Positions 1-7,732 of a DNA stretch of 40,917 nucleotides are shown one piece after another. Within the stretch, counting starts at the first letter, position 1, and each line of letters starts with the position of its first letter. The stretch comes from Staphylococcus phage StB20. A program made the translations under genes and the position numbers. Below the pieces are notes generated by a model. The model searched no databases, had not been told where the DNA came from, and was given only the letters and a program-made list of their open reading frames with translations. The stretch lies in sequence record NC_019915.1; one strand, written 5' to 3'.

Positions 1-19
1 TAAATATTAATCGAGTGTC

Positions 20-31
20 TATACTTCCGTA
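20..31. repeat. Left copy of the terminal inverted repeat TATACTTCCGTA; candidate integrase att arm (P or P' half-site)
   Basis: Exact reverse complement of 40901..40912 at the other extreme of the window. It lies about 65 bp outside the integrase gene. Confidence 0.5.
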
Positions 32-96
32 CATAAGTTAATAAAATTCTATATCATTTATTTTAATGGAATGTCTGTTTTTAAGCTTTACATATT

Positions 97-1401
97 CTAT
101 GTCGATAGACTTAATGGCCATCTTAATGAAATCTGCTTTATCATCCAACGAGAATATTTTCCATGATTCCAACAATACATTTTTGAATTTTTTATCTTAT
201 CTATATCTAGTGTTTTTTTAGGTACTAATTCTTTTTGTTTTTCATATTCTGCGATTGTTTCGTCTGTTTCTTTAATTAATTCAAATAATTCTTCTTCTTG
301 CATTAACCCTTTAGCATATAATTTATGATACCTTTTACGTTGTTCCATAATTTTGTCTATATCAATAGTAACGACATCGTCTTTTTGTTTTGTCTTTACT
401 TCGTATTTTCCTAAGTCTAGTTTAGATAGGTAATCGCGAAAAACTCTTAATGCTTCATTTTCTGCAAAGCCGAAACTTTCCTTTTTACCTTTACATGTGT
501 TGCAATAATACGTTTTATAGGTAACATAGCCTTTCTTTCTCTTTTTTGTTGCTGTGTTCATTGTTAATGTGCCACCACATTTTGGGCAAATAAATTTACC
601 TCTGAATACTGATACATGACTGACTATTTTAGTGTTGATTCTTTCTTCTAGCCTTTCTTTTATTTGTTGATACATTTCTTCGGTAATAATAGGTTCGTGA
701 GAGTTTTCTATAAATACATCTCCCCAAGTATAATGTCCTCTTGTGATAGGGCTTCTTAGCGCTCTTGTTATTGTTCTATCTTCCCATCTTTTTCCATTAG
801 GAGGTGGTATATCTGAATCGTTTAATTTCCTAGCTATACCTTTTGAACTGACACCTTTCAAAACTTCATCATATGCCCACAAAACTACTTTTTTGTAATC
901 ATTAGGAATGTAAGTATTATCTACACGGTCATAATAAAAGGGTGGTGGTGTGAGTATCATGCCTTGCTTAATTGCTGCGCGTTTACCCATCATTACTCGT
1001 TCTCTAATCGTTTCACGTTCCCACTCTGCCATAGCACCAACCAATGTAACAAAAAGTCTACCCATAGCTGTAGAAGTGTCGTAAACCTCTGTAGCACTTC
1101 TGAAAGCAACATTGTTCTGTTCAAATATCTCTAGGAAGTCCAATAAGTCACGTACATTACGTGTAAGCCTATCTAACTTGTACACTAAGACTAAATCAAA
1201 TCGTTTAATGTCATTCATCATACGTTGTAATTCTGGTCGGTCACGTTTAGCACCAGAAAAACCAGCGTCGACAAATACATCTGATTCATTCCAATCATTT
1301 ATCTCACAAAATGATTTAAGTTTTCGTTCTTGCTCTTCGATAGAATGACCGTGTTCTTTTTGCTCTAACGTACTGACACGAACGTAAATAGCTACGTTCA
1401 T
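97..1401 (-). CDS. int: Large serine recombinase (phage integrase, resolvase/invertase-type catalytic domain plus large C-terminal domain)
   Basis: 434 aa. N-terminus VAIYVRVSTLEQ carries the serine-recombinase nucleophile context. Conserved DGFSG/KRDRP-like resolvase motifs are present. The C-terminal part has a Cys-rich zinc-ribbon (CPKCGG...CNTC) and a coiled coil typical of large serine integrases. RBS AGGGAGTGATGA lies upstream. Confidence 0.88.
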   Translation of the reverse strand: MNVAIYVRVSTLEQKEHGHSIEEQERKLKSFCEINDWNESDVFVDAGFSGAKRDRPELQRMMNDIKRFDLVLVYKLDRLTRNVRDLLDFLEIFEQNNVAFRSATEVYDTSTAMGRLFVTLVGAMAEWERETIRERVMMGKRAAIKQGMILTPPPFYYDRVDNTYIPNDYKKVVLWAYDEVLKGVSSKGIARKLNDSDIPPPNGKRWEDRTITRALRSPITRGHYTWGDVFIENSHEPIITEEMYQQIKERLEERINTKIVSHVSVFRGKFICPKCGGTLTMNTATKKRKKGYVTYKTYYCNTCKGKKESFGFAENEALRVFRDYLSKLDLGKYEVKTKQKDDVVTIDIDKIMEQRKRYHKLYAKGLMQEEELFELIKETDETIAEYEKQKELVPKKTLDIDKIKNSKMYCWNHGKYSRWMIKQISLRWPLSLST

Positions 1402-1419
1402 AATTCATCACTCCCTAAA

Positions 1420-1453
1420 AAAGTAAAAAATAATAAGGGTAGACGGACTACCC
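1420..1453. terminator. Hairpin GGGTAGACGGACTACCC flanked by T/A runs; probable bidirectional terminator between the lipoprotein gene and int
   Basis: 6-bp GC-rich stem gggtag/ctaccc with a 5-nt loop. A T-run follows on the minus strand, downstream of the lipoprotein gene. Confidence 0.45.
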
Positions 1454-1469
1454 ATATAAATTTATTTAA

Positions 1470-2393
1470 TTATTTTTTTGGTGGCGTATCTGTTCCGAAA
1501 ATTGAGGGGTGGCCACCAGAATGGTCTTGTGGTACTTGTTCCATTTGTGATTCATCGTGAGTAGTTGGTTTTGTTTTGTTCCATTCATCTATTTGTGAAG
1601 GTGTCATATATCCATTATCTTGTTGTTTATTGCTTTGGTTAGTGTTTGTCTGAGATTGACTTAATTGTTGTTTTCTCTCGTAAGATTGATTTGTTGATGA
1701 TTGTGCTTGTTTCATTTGAGGATTTTCATTATTTCCGTTATTATCTTGTGGTTTTGGATTATCGCTTTTAAATGTATTTTCTGATTCGTTATTCGCAACA
1801 TCTTTACTATCTTCTTTTGAACTACTAGCAGAATCGTTTATAATATCATCTGCCGCAGAATAATCTACGGACTTTAGTTTGCTAATATCTATTTTCTTGA
1901 TACCCAGTTTTTTACCCTCTGTGCCTTTAGTAGCTTTAAGTGTCACTTGCTTATCATTTTCTAATTCATAAGTAATAATACCTTTAGCAGTTTTACCTTT
2001 CTTAATTACATCATTGTTGTGTTTGTCCCATTCTTCGAATTTACCAGTATTAGGCGTTGGACCAACTTCAAGTTTACTTTCAGTATTTTCGCTATCTTGA
2101 ACGGCTTCCATTGACGCAATCCAAACATTCATTGGCGTTATTTGTTCATCTCCGTCTTTACTTTTAACCTCGTATTTAAATGCTAATAATTTCTTTCCGT
2201 TATCCGAATCCTTATCGTTAACTAAAAATGTGTCTTTTATTTTTAAAACAGCTTGATCAAGAACTAAAGTATCATTAGTGAATTGTACTTTGTTTTCATC
2301 AACGGAAGTCGACTTTTTCGAATTGCTATTGTTGTTACTACATGCCGCTAAAACTAAGAAACAAGATAATAAAATAAATAAGACTTTTTTCAT
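1470..2393 (-). CDS. Prophage lipoprotein; signal peptide with lipobox LAAC, globular N-domain and a long Q/N/S-rich disordered C-terminus
   Basis: 307 aa, MKKVLFILLSCFLVLAACSNN gives a lipoprotein signal with Cys+1. The gene sits between int and cI on the lysogeny strand. RBS AAAGGAGAAATG. Confidence 0.85.
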   Translation of the reverse strand: MKKVLFILLSCFLVLAACSNNNSNSKKSTSVDENKVQFTNDTLVLDQAVLKIKDTFLVNDKDSDNGKKLLAFKYEVKSKDGDEQITPMNVWIASMEAVQDSENTESKLEVGPTPNTGKFEEWDKHNNDVIKKGKTAKGIITYELENDKQVTLKATKGTEGKKLGIKKIDISKLKSVDYSAADDIINDSASSSKEDSKDVANNESENTFKSDNPKPQDNNGNNENPQMKQAQSSTNQSYERKQQLSQSQTNTNQSNKQQDNGYMTPSQIDEWNKTKPTTHDESQMEQVPQDHSGGHPSIFGTDTPPKK

Positions 2394-2444
2394 TCTACAT
2401 TTCTCCTTTGAATAAAATTATATTAAAGTTCCGAAAAGGCACTG

Positions 2445-2585
2445 TTAATCTTTATAAACATCTTTATTTTCAGTCAATGGTATATCGTTTTTTACCATAT
2501 GTTCCAATTGTTCCATAGTATATACTGGGACTTTTACTAATTCGTCCCAGTGTTTTGGTTCTTCGTCATAATATTCCCATTCCAT
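2445..2585 (-). CDS. Small hypothetical protein (46 aa, MEWEYYDEEPKHWDELVK...), downstream of cI on the same strand
   Basis: A strong RBS AGGAGGTTTTATTATG precedes the ATG. The product is an acidic small protein. It is absent from the 60-aa ORF track because of its length. Confidence 0.4.
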   Translation of the reverse strand: MEWEYYDEEPKHWDELVKVPVYTMEQLEHMVKNDIPLTENKDVYKD

Positions 2586-2596
2586 AATAAAACCTC

Positions 2597-3313
2597 CTAT
2601 AAAATAACTTTTCCAACTAATCTAACACTTTCATTCTCGTAAAAGTGTAAGTCACGATAATCTTTATTCAATGAAACAAGCGTCAATCTATCTTCTCCTA
2701 CATGTACTTTCTTAACATATGCCTCACCATTAATTATGAATACGCCGATTTGACCATTCTTAATGTTATTAGATTTCTCTACAAAGATAATTTCTTTATC
2801 ACTAAACATCGGTTCCATCGAATTACCGTTAACTTGTAATGCTAAATCATGTGGAGGAACGTAACCTTTAACTGAAACTTTGAATTTAGGTTCATCAAAG
2901 ATTTGTTCACCAGTACCAGCAGACACGTAACCATTAACGTCAGTTAATGTTGTGTTTTCATTTTTGTATGTATCTAAGTCGATTACGTTATCATCAGTAG
3001 AGTTTTGCAATTCTAACTGATGATTAGCAAAGTCTAGTACATTATGCTGGCGTGGAGGTGTGAGTTGGTTATATACAGTTGTGATGTCGTTGTCTTCTTT
3101 ATAGGTAGTATCAATATCACTTTTAACAACTCCAAAGACATCAGCTATTTTCTGAATGACACCATGTGAAGGGTTAGAACGTAAATTTAAATAATCACTT
3201 AATGTAGATGGTTTAATATTAATTAATTCAGCTAATTGTTTTTGAGTCATTTCAGTTTCTTTTATATATTTTCTTATATTGTTAGCGATTATTTTATTTC
3301 TTTCTTTATTCAT
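2597..3313 (-). CDS. cI: CI-like repressor: N-terminal XRE-family HTH plus C-terminal S24 (LexA-like) autopeptidase domain
   Basis: 238 aa. HTH region QKQLAELINIKPSTLSDYLN. The C-terminal GNSMEP...GQIGVFIINGEAYVKK matches the Ser/Lys dyad context of S24 peptidases. It is transcribed divergently from cro. RBS AAGGAGGCGGTGACC. Confidence 0.9.
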   Translation of the reverse strand: MNKERNKIIANNIRKYIKETEMTQKQLAELINIKPSTLSDYLNLRSNPSHGVIQKIADVFGVVKSDIDTTYKEDNDITTVYNQLTPPRQHNVLDFANHQLELQNSTDDNVIDLDTYKNENTTLTDVNGYVSAGTGEQIFDEPKFKVSVKGYVPPHDLALQVNGNSMEPMFSDKEIIFVEKSNNIKNGQIGVFIINGEAYVKKVHVGEDRLTLVSLNKDYRDLHFYENESVRLVGKVIL

Positions 3314-3331
3314 AGGTCACCGCCTCCTTAT

Positions 3332-3424
3332 TTCGTATTATACGAAAAATTCATATCAAAGTAAAGTTTTTTTACGAAAAAAACGTATTTTTTTGTTGAC
3401 AATACGAAAAAATCGTATTATATT
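3332..3424. promoter_or_regulatory. Divergent PcI/Pcro control region with three palindromic operators (TCGTATTATACGA, TACGAAAAAAACGTA, AATACGAAAAAATCGTATT); rightward -35 TTGACA (3395..3400) and -10 TATATT (3419..3424); leftward -10 TATAAT (complement of 3336..3341)
   Basis: Repeated TACGA-N5-7-TCGTA inverted repeats lie between the cI and cro start codons. A consensus sigma-A -35/-10 pair has an operator sitting in its spacer. Confidence 0.7.
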
Positions 3425-3449
3425 GGTATTACCGAAAGGCGGTGATGAC

Positions 3450-3719
3450 ATGAAAACATTAAAAGAGTTGAGAACTGATTACGGATTAACTCAAGAAGAG
3501 CTAGGAGATTTATTCAAAGTCTCATCACGTACTATTCAAAATATGGAAAAAGATTCTACTAATATTAAAGATAGTTTACTTTCTAAATATATGAACGCTT
3601 TTAATGTTAAATACGATGATATTTTTTTAGGTAACGAATACGAAAATTTCGTATTTATGAATGATAAAAAGAAATCAATCATTTTAGCATTTAAAGAAAA
3701 AGAACACCAAACAACTTAA
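3450..3719 (+). CDS. cro: Cro-like XRE-family HTH regulator
   Basis: 89 aa from ATG 3450 (MKTLKELRTDYGLTQEELGDLFKVSSRTIQNMEK), after RBS AAAGGCGGTGA. The longer ORF in the track (3279..) overlaps cI and has no RBS. Confidence 0.8.
   Translation: MKTLKELRTDYGLTQEELGDLFKVSSRTIQNMEKDSTNIKDSLLSKYMNAFNVKYDDIFLGNEYENFVFMNDKKKSIILAFKEKEHQTT
3638..3658. promoter_or_regulatory. Fourth operator-like perfect palindrome AATACGAAAATTTCGTATT inside the 3' part of cro
   Basis: It has the same half-sites as the three intergenic operators, about 220 bp downstream of them. Confidence 0.5.
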
Positions 3720-3732
3720 GGAGGAATTAAAA

Positions 3733-4452
3733 GTGAGTGAATTACAAACGTTCAATTTTGAAGATTTACCAGTAAGAACATTAACAGTAGATGAGGAACC
3801 GTATTTTGTAGGAAAAGATGTGGCGGATATTTTAGGTTACTTAAAACCTGCAAATGCTATTGCAAACCATGTTGATGATGAAGATAAAACCACTACCCTA
3901 ATTCGGGGAACTGGTTCTAACTATAAATCAAAAGCAGTAATCATCAACGAAAGCGGACTTTATAGCTTAATCTTCTCAAGCAAGTTAGAAAGTGCTAAAC
4001 GTTTCAAACGCTGGGTAACATCAGAAGTTTTACCAGCTATTCGCAAAACAGGTTCTTATCAAGTTCCTAGTGATCCAATGCAAGCACTTAAATTGATGTT
4101 TGAAGCAACTGAACAAACTAAAGAAGAAATCGCAACAGTGAAAGCAGATGTAATTGATTTAAGAGAAAACCAAAAATTAGACACAGGAGATTATAACTTG
4201 TTATCCAGAACAATTAATCAACGAGTGGCTCATATCCAAAAGATACATGCAATCACAAATCAAAAACAGCGCAGTGAATTATTCCGAGATATCAATTCAG
4301 AAGTTAAAAAGATGACAGGCGCAACATCAAGAACAAATGTAAGACAAAAGTATTTTGATGACGTTATTTCAATGGTTGCTAACTGGTTTCCATCACAAGC
4401 TACGTTGTACAAAATTAAACAATTAGAAATGAATTTTGAAAACGAACAATAA
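3733..4452 (+). CDS. ant: Phage antirepressor (Bro-N N-terminal domain, KilAC/Ant-like C-terminal domain)
   Basis: 239 aa. The N-terminus FNFEDLPVRTLTVDEEPYFVGKDVADILGY is characteristic of Bro-N. RBS AAGGAGGAATTAAAAGTG. It sits immediately downstream of cro. Confidence 0.8.
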   Translation: MSELQTFNFEDLPVRTLTVDEEPYFVGKDVADILGYLKPANAIANHVDDEDKTTTLIRGTGSNYKSKAVIINESGLYSLIFSSKLESAKRFKRWVTSEVLPAIRKTGSYQVPSDPMQALKLMFEATEQTKEEIATVKADVIDLRENQKLDTGDYNLLSRTINQRVAHIQKIHAITNQKQRSELFRDINSEVKKMTGATSRTNVRQKYFDDVISMVANWFPSQATLYKIKQLEMNFENEQ

Positions 4453-4477
4453 GACGAAAATAAAAGGAGCGAATGAA

Positions 4478-4642
4478 ATGAAAAGTTTAAAAATTCAATA
4501 CGGAGTACCTGAAGCATCAAAAATCAAAAATGCAGTAAATGAAATTGAAGAAGCTATCGAAGATTTAAATTATGACGCAATCGATATAGAGATAGGTATA
4601 GCGCCTAAACCAATTATCGAATTCGATGAAGAAGAGGAATGA
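4478..4642 (+). CDS. Small acidic protein (54 aa from ATG 4478; C-terminal EFDEEEE)
   Basis: RBS AAAGGAG lies 7 nt upstream of ATG 4478. The ORF is open from 4436 but has no RBS there. Confidence 0.5.
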   Translation: MKSLKIQYGVPEASKIKNAVNEIEEAIEDLNYDAIDIEIGIAPKPIIEFDEEEE

Positions 4643-4647
4643 TTGTA

Positions 4648-4743
4648 ATGCCTGAACACATTCAACAAATGTTATTTGATTTCGCATTAGAAAGAGGATA
4701 TATCGAAAAACTTTTAGAAATGAAAGGAGAGGATGATAAATGA
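4648..4743 (+). CDS. Mini-ORF, 31 aa (MPEHIQQMLFDFALERGYIEKLLEMKGEDDK)
   Basis: RBS GAGGAAT precedes it. Its stop overlaps the next start (ATGA). It is too short for strong support. Confidence 0.3.
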   Translation: MPEHIQQMLFDFALERGYIEKLLEMKGEDDK

Positions 4744-4916
4744 AATATCTATTAAGTTATATGACGATGTTCATCGCAATGATCATCACATTACTTTTAG
4801 GAGGTGGTTTTACAACAATTATAGGCGTAGCAATTTTGACTTTTATCTTTAGCACATTCTTTTGGGAGAAGTGGCTTGAGATAACAAAAAAGACTGAAAC
4901 TTGCGCCAACAAGTAA
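4740..4916 (+). CDS. Small membrane peptide, 58 aa (two predicted TM helices, MKYLLSYMTMFIAMIITLLLGGGFTTIIGVAILTFIF...)
   Basis: Strong RBS AAAGGAGAGGATGATAAATG. It is very hydrophobic. Confidence 0.5.
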   Translation: MKYLLSYMTMFIAMIITLLLGGGFTTIIGVAILTFIFSTFFWEKWLEITKKTETCANK

Positions 4917-4970
4917 CAGTCAAACACTAAAGAAAATATACAACTTAAATATACAAGTGGAGGAGAGAAA

Positions 4971-5246
4971 ATGCAAGAAGTAATTACAGTCAAGTTGACT
5001 AGAGAAGAATACTCTCGACTAATCAAAAGCCAAATAGATTTAGATTTCTTGCGAAGTGACTACGACTTTTTGAATAAACGTTACGAAGATATGTGTGATA
5101 GATATTTTGAACTTAGAAAAGATTTCAGAAAAGCTATAGAATCGTGCAAAACACAAAGTGAAACAATCAAAGTTATGGAAAGAACAATCGACATGCTGCA
5201 TAAAGGAGTGGTTGGCATTGAAAGAAACAGTGACGTATCTAATTAA
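4971..5246 (+). CDS. Hypothetical early protein (91 aa; resembles the DUF1108-type small proteins found upstream of staphylococcal phage recombinases)
   Basis: RBS GGAGGAGAGAAAATG. A coiled-coil-like basic/acidic pattern is present. Family assignment is from memory only. Confidence 0.6.
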   Translation: MQEVITVKLTREEYSRLIKSQIDLDFLRSDYDFLNKRYEDMCDRYFELRKDFRKAIESCKTQSETIKVMERTIDMLHKGVVGIERNSDVSN

Positions 5247-5445
5247 ACTAAAAGGCGCTCCCTTCGACTTATTTATTACAAATAAACCTAGCGCAAACTT
5301 CCAGACTATCAAGTATTCAACAAGTATTAGAGATGCTAAAGGTTTCGACGGATTAGATAAGTCTGTTATCGACATGACAAAACATACAGCAATTAAAAAG
5401 ACAGTAACAGAAACAACTGAATATGAGGAGGTTGAGTATGACTGA
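5212..5445 (+). CDS. Hypothetical early protein (about 77 aa; start TTG 5212 or 5218; resembles DUF2482-type phage proteins)
   Basis: The ORF is open from 5158 (GTG) in another frame, overlapping the previous gene. RBS AAAGGAGTGG sits just before TTG 5212/5218. The start is uncertain. Confidence 0.5.
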   Translation: MALKETVTYLIKLKGAPFDLFITNKPSANFQTIKYSTSIRDAKGFDGLDKSVIDMTKHTAIKKTVTETTEYEEVEYD

Positions 5446-6082
5446 ACAACTTAATTTATACCAAAAAATAGCTGACGTTAAAGCTAATATTGAAGGCTTT
5501 ACTAAAGATACAAAAGGTTACAACTATTCATATGTTAGTGGATCTCAAGTGTTACACAGAATCAGAAATAAGATGATTGAACATAATTTATTACTCGTTC
5601 CATTCACAGAAAACGAAGAAATCACACAAACGACAAACGCTAAAAACAAAACTGAACATATCGTTAAGCTGAAACTCACTTACAAATGGATTAACGCAGA
5701 CAATCCTCAAGAAATGTTAGAAGTTCCGTTCTTCGCAGTAGGTCAACAAGACGACGTATCTAAAGCGCATGGGACAGCGCTAACATACGCAGAACGTTAC
5801 TTTTTAATGAAATTCTTCAATATACCAACTGATGAAGATGACGCAGATGCAAAACAAAAGCAAGAAAAGTACAACAAAGCAAGTAGTCAAACAGTCGGCG
5901 TTCTAAAAGAAGAAATACTTAAATTTGTCGACTTGATGAAATCGTTAGGAAAAGAAGTATCTCAACAACAAGCAGAACAAACTTTCGGCATACAAAACTA
6001 TTCATCAATGTCAGAACAACAAGCAATCAATACAATCAACAAAATTCAAACAATGGCTAAAAAATATACGGAGGCAAAATAA
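5438..6082 (+). CDS. ERF-family single-strand annealing protein (recombinase)
   Basis: 214 aa from ATG 5438 (RBS GAGGAGGTTGAGTATG). Overall resemblance to the ERF superfamily (KDTKGYNYSYVSGSQV...AHGTALTYAERYFLMKFF). It is followed directly by ssb. Confidence 0.75.
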   Translation: MTEQLNLYQKIADVKANIEGFTKDTKGYNYSYVSGSQVLHRIRNKMIEHNLLLVPFTENEEITQTTNAKNKTEHIVKLKLTYKWINADNPQEMLEVPFFAVGQQDDVSKAHGTALTYAERYFLMKFFNIPTDEDDADAKQKQEKYNKASSQTVGVLKEEILKFVDLMKSLGKEVSQQQAEQTFGIQNYSSMSEQQAINTINKIQTMAKKYTEAK

Positions 6083-6492
6083 TGACTAACTTAACTATTT
6101 TAACAGGACGTATAACTAAAGATTTAGAACTTAAACAAGCAGGACAAACACAGGTAACTAACTTCTCTATGGCAGTAGACAATCCATTCAAAAAAGATGA
6201 CACATCATTCTTCGACATCGTAGCGTTTGGTAAAACTGCACAACTATTAAATGACTATTGCGGTAAGGGAAGCAAAGTTTTAATCGAAGGCAACTTGAAG
6301 CAAGACCGTTTCCAAGATAAAGAAGGTAACAATCGTTCAGTAGTACGAGTGATTGCTAATAGAATTGAATTCTTAGATAGCAAAGGTAGTAATCAACAAA
6401 ATAGTCAATCTCAACAACAAAGAGGACAAGCACCAGCAGGCAATAACCCGTTCGAAAATGATAACGGTATTTCAGATGGTCTCCCTTTCTAG
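6082..6492 (+). CDS. ssb: Single-stranded DNA-binding protein
   Basis: 136 aa. OB-fold motifs LTGRITKDLELK...FDIVAFGKTAQ, a Gln/Gly-rich tail and a C-terminal acidic DGLPF tip typical of SSB. Confidence 0.9.
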   Translation: MTNLTILTGRITKDLELKQAGQTQVTNFSMAVDNPFKKDDTSFFDIVAFGKTAQLLNDYCGKGSKVLIEGNLKQDRFQDKEGNNRSVVRVIANRIEFLDSKGSNQQNSQSQQQRGQAPAGNNPFENDNGISDGLPF

Positions 6493-6503
6493 GGTGTGAT
6501 TGA

Positions 6504-7057
6504 ATGATGGAAATTTGGAAAGATGTTGTTGGTTATGAAGGTATCTACGAAGTCAGCAATAAAGGTCGAGTAAGAACTCATAAAGATAAAGTTAGTTGGT
6601 CAAAACGTTTAAAAAATGGAGACATTGGAAACAGCGATATTTAAAAGATAAAACGCCTAATGGTGGATATGTAAGAGTAGCGCTTTGGAAGAATGGAAAG
6701 CCTAAATATTTCTTAGTTCATAGATTAGTAGGTTTTGCTTTTATTCCAACTATCAAAGGTAAGGATTGCGTTAATCATATTGATGGTAATCCTAAAAATA
6801 ATAGTGTTGAAAATTTAGAATGGTGTAATCACTTAGAAAATAATAGACATGCTTTTGAGAACAATCTTATAGATACGCAAAAGGCTGTTAAGTTAACACA
6901 CTTAGATTTAGGTATCCAATTAGAATTTGTAAGTATGTCAAAAGCTAGTAAATGGCTTGGGCGTAACACTGGATATTTAAGTGGTGTTTTAAAAAGAAAC
7001 AAATATATAGCTACCTCTAATGACGGTGAAAAATACCAAGTAGAGAAGTTGATATAG
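6504..7057 (+). pseudogene. Free-standing NUMOD4/HNH homing endonuclease, frameshifted (N-terminal 6504..6644 in one frame, remainder 6596..7057 in the -1 frame)
   Basis: N-terminus MMEIWKDVVGYEGIYEVSNKGRVRT is a NUMOD4 motif and parallels the intact paralogue at 38909 (MKEIWKDIKGYENYYMISNTGKVKS). The downstream frame carries the HNH part (NHIDGNPKNNSVENLEWCNHLEN). The frames overlap at an A6 run 6611..6616. Confidence 0.7.
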
Positions 7058-7732
7058 ATGGCCAAAATTAAGAATTACATCACTCAAGATGACGGTACAA
7101 CAACCGTCGTCATTGAGGGTGTCGAACTAGGTAACAAAGAAACATTATTACTCGATAACGGTTTAGAAGTAGAGGTCGATGTACAGGTTGTAGACCCGTT
7201 CAAGATAACAGACAAACAACGCAGAAAGATATTCGCTCTTGTAAAAGACATAGAGGCTCATACAGGACAACCTTTTGAGTATATGAGGGAAATGTTCCAG
7301 AATTACGTATCGTTCCTCTACGGCTACGAGAAACGCCTATCGTTGAGCGACTGCACAAGAGAACAAGCTAAACAAGTTATAGAAGTTATTCTCGACTGGG
7401 TGTTTCACAATAATATACCACTTAATTATAAGACGAGTGACTTACTCAAAAATGATAAAGCGTTCCTTTACTGGTCAACAGTCAATCGTAACTGCGTAAT
7501 ATGTGGTAAGCCAAAGGCTGAACTTGCACATTATCACGCAGTAGGTCGAGGACGTAACAGACGAAAGATAGATCACACAGACAACAAAGTATTAGCGCTA
7601 TGTTCAAGACATCATAAAGAGCAGCACCAAATAGGTATAGATAGTTTTAATGAGAAATACAAATTACATGAAAGTTGGGTGTCCGTAGATGAACGACTCA
7701 ACCGAATGTTGAAAGGAGAAGTAAATGGCTGA
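7058..7732 (+). CDS. HNH-motif putative nuclease / Cys-His metal-binding phage protein
   Basis: 224 aa. C-terminal CVICGKPKAELAHYHAVGRGRNRRKIDHTDNKVLALCSRHHKEQH has CxxC...H..H...C..HH spacing typical of HNH-like zinc fingers. Confidence 0.6.
   Translation: MAKIKNYITQDDGTTTVVIEGVELGNKETLLLDNGLEVEVDVQVVDPFKITDKQRRKIFALVKDIEAHTGQPFEYMREMFQNYVSFLYGYEKRLSLSDCTREQAKQVIEVILDWVFHNNIPLNYKTSDLLKNDKAFLYWSTVNRNCVICGKPKAELAHYHAVGRGRNRRKIDHTDNKVLALCSRHHKEQHQIGIDSFNEKYKLHESWVSVDERLNRMLKGEVNG

Noticed and set aside
3279-3449. 5' extension of the cro ORF back to 3279, overlapping cI and the operator region
   Set aside because: There is no RBS at 3279 and the ORF would run through the promoter/operators. 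ATG 3450 with RBS GGCGGTGA gives the expected roughly 89-aa Cro.
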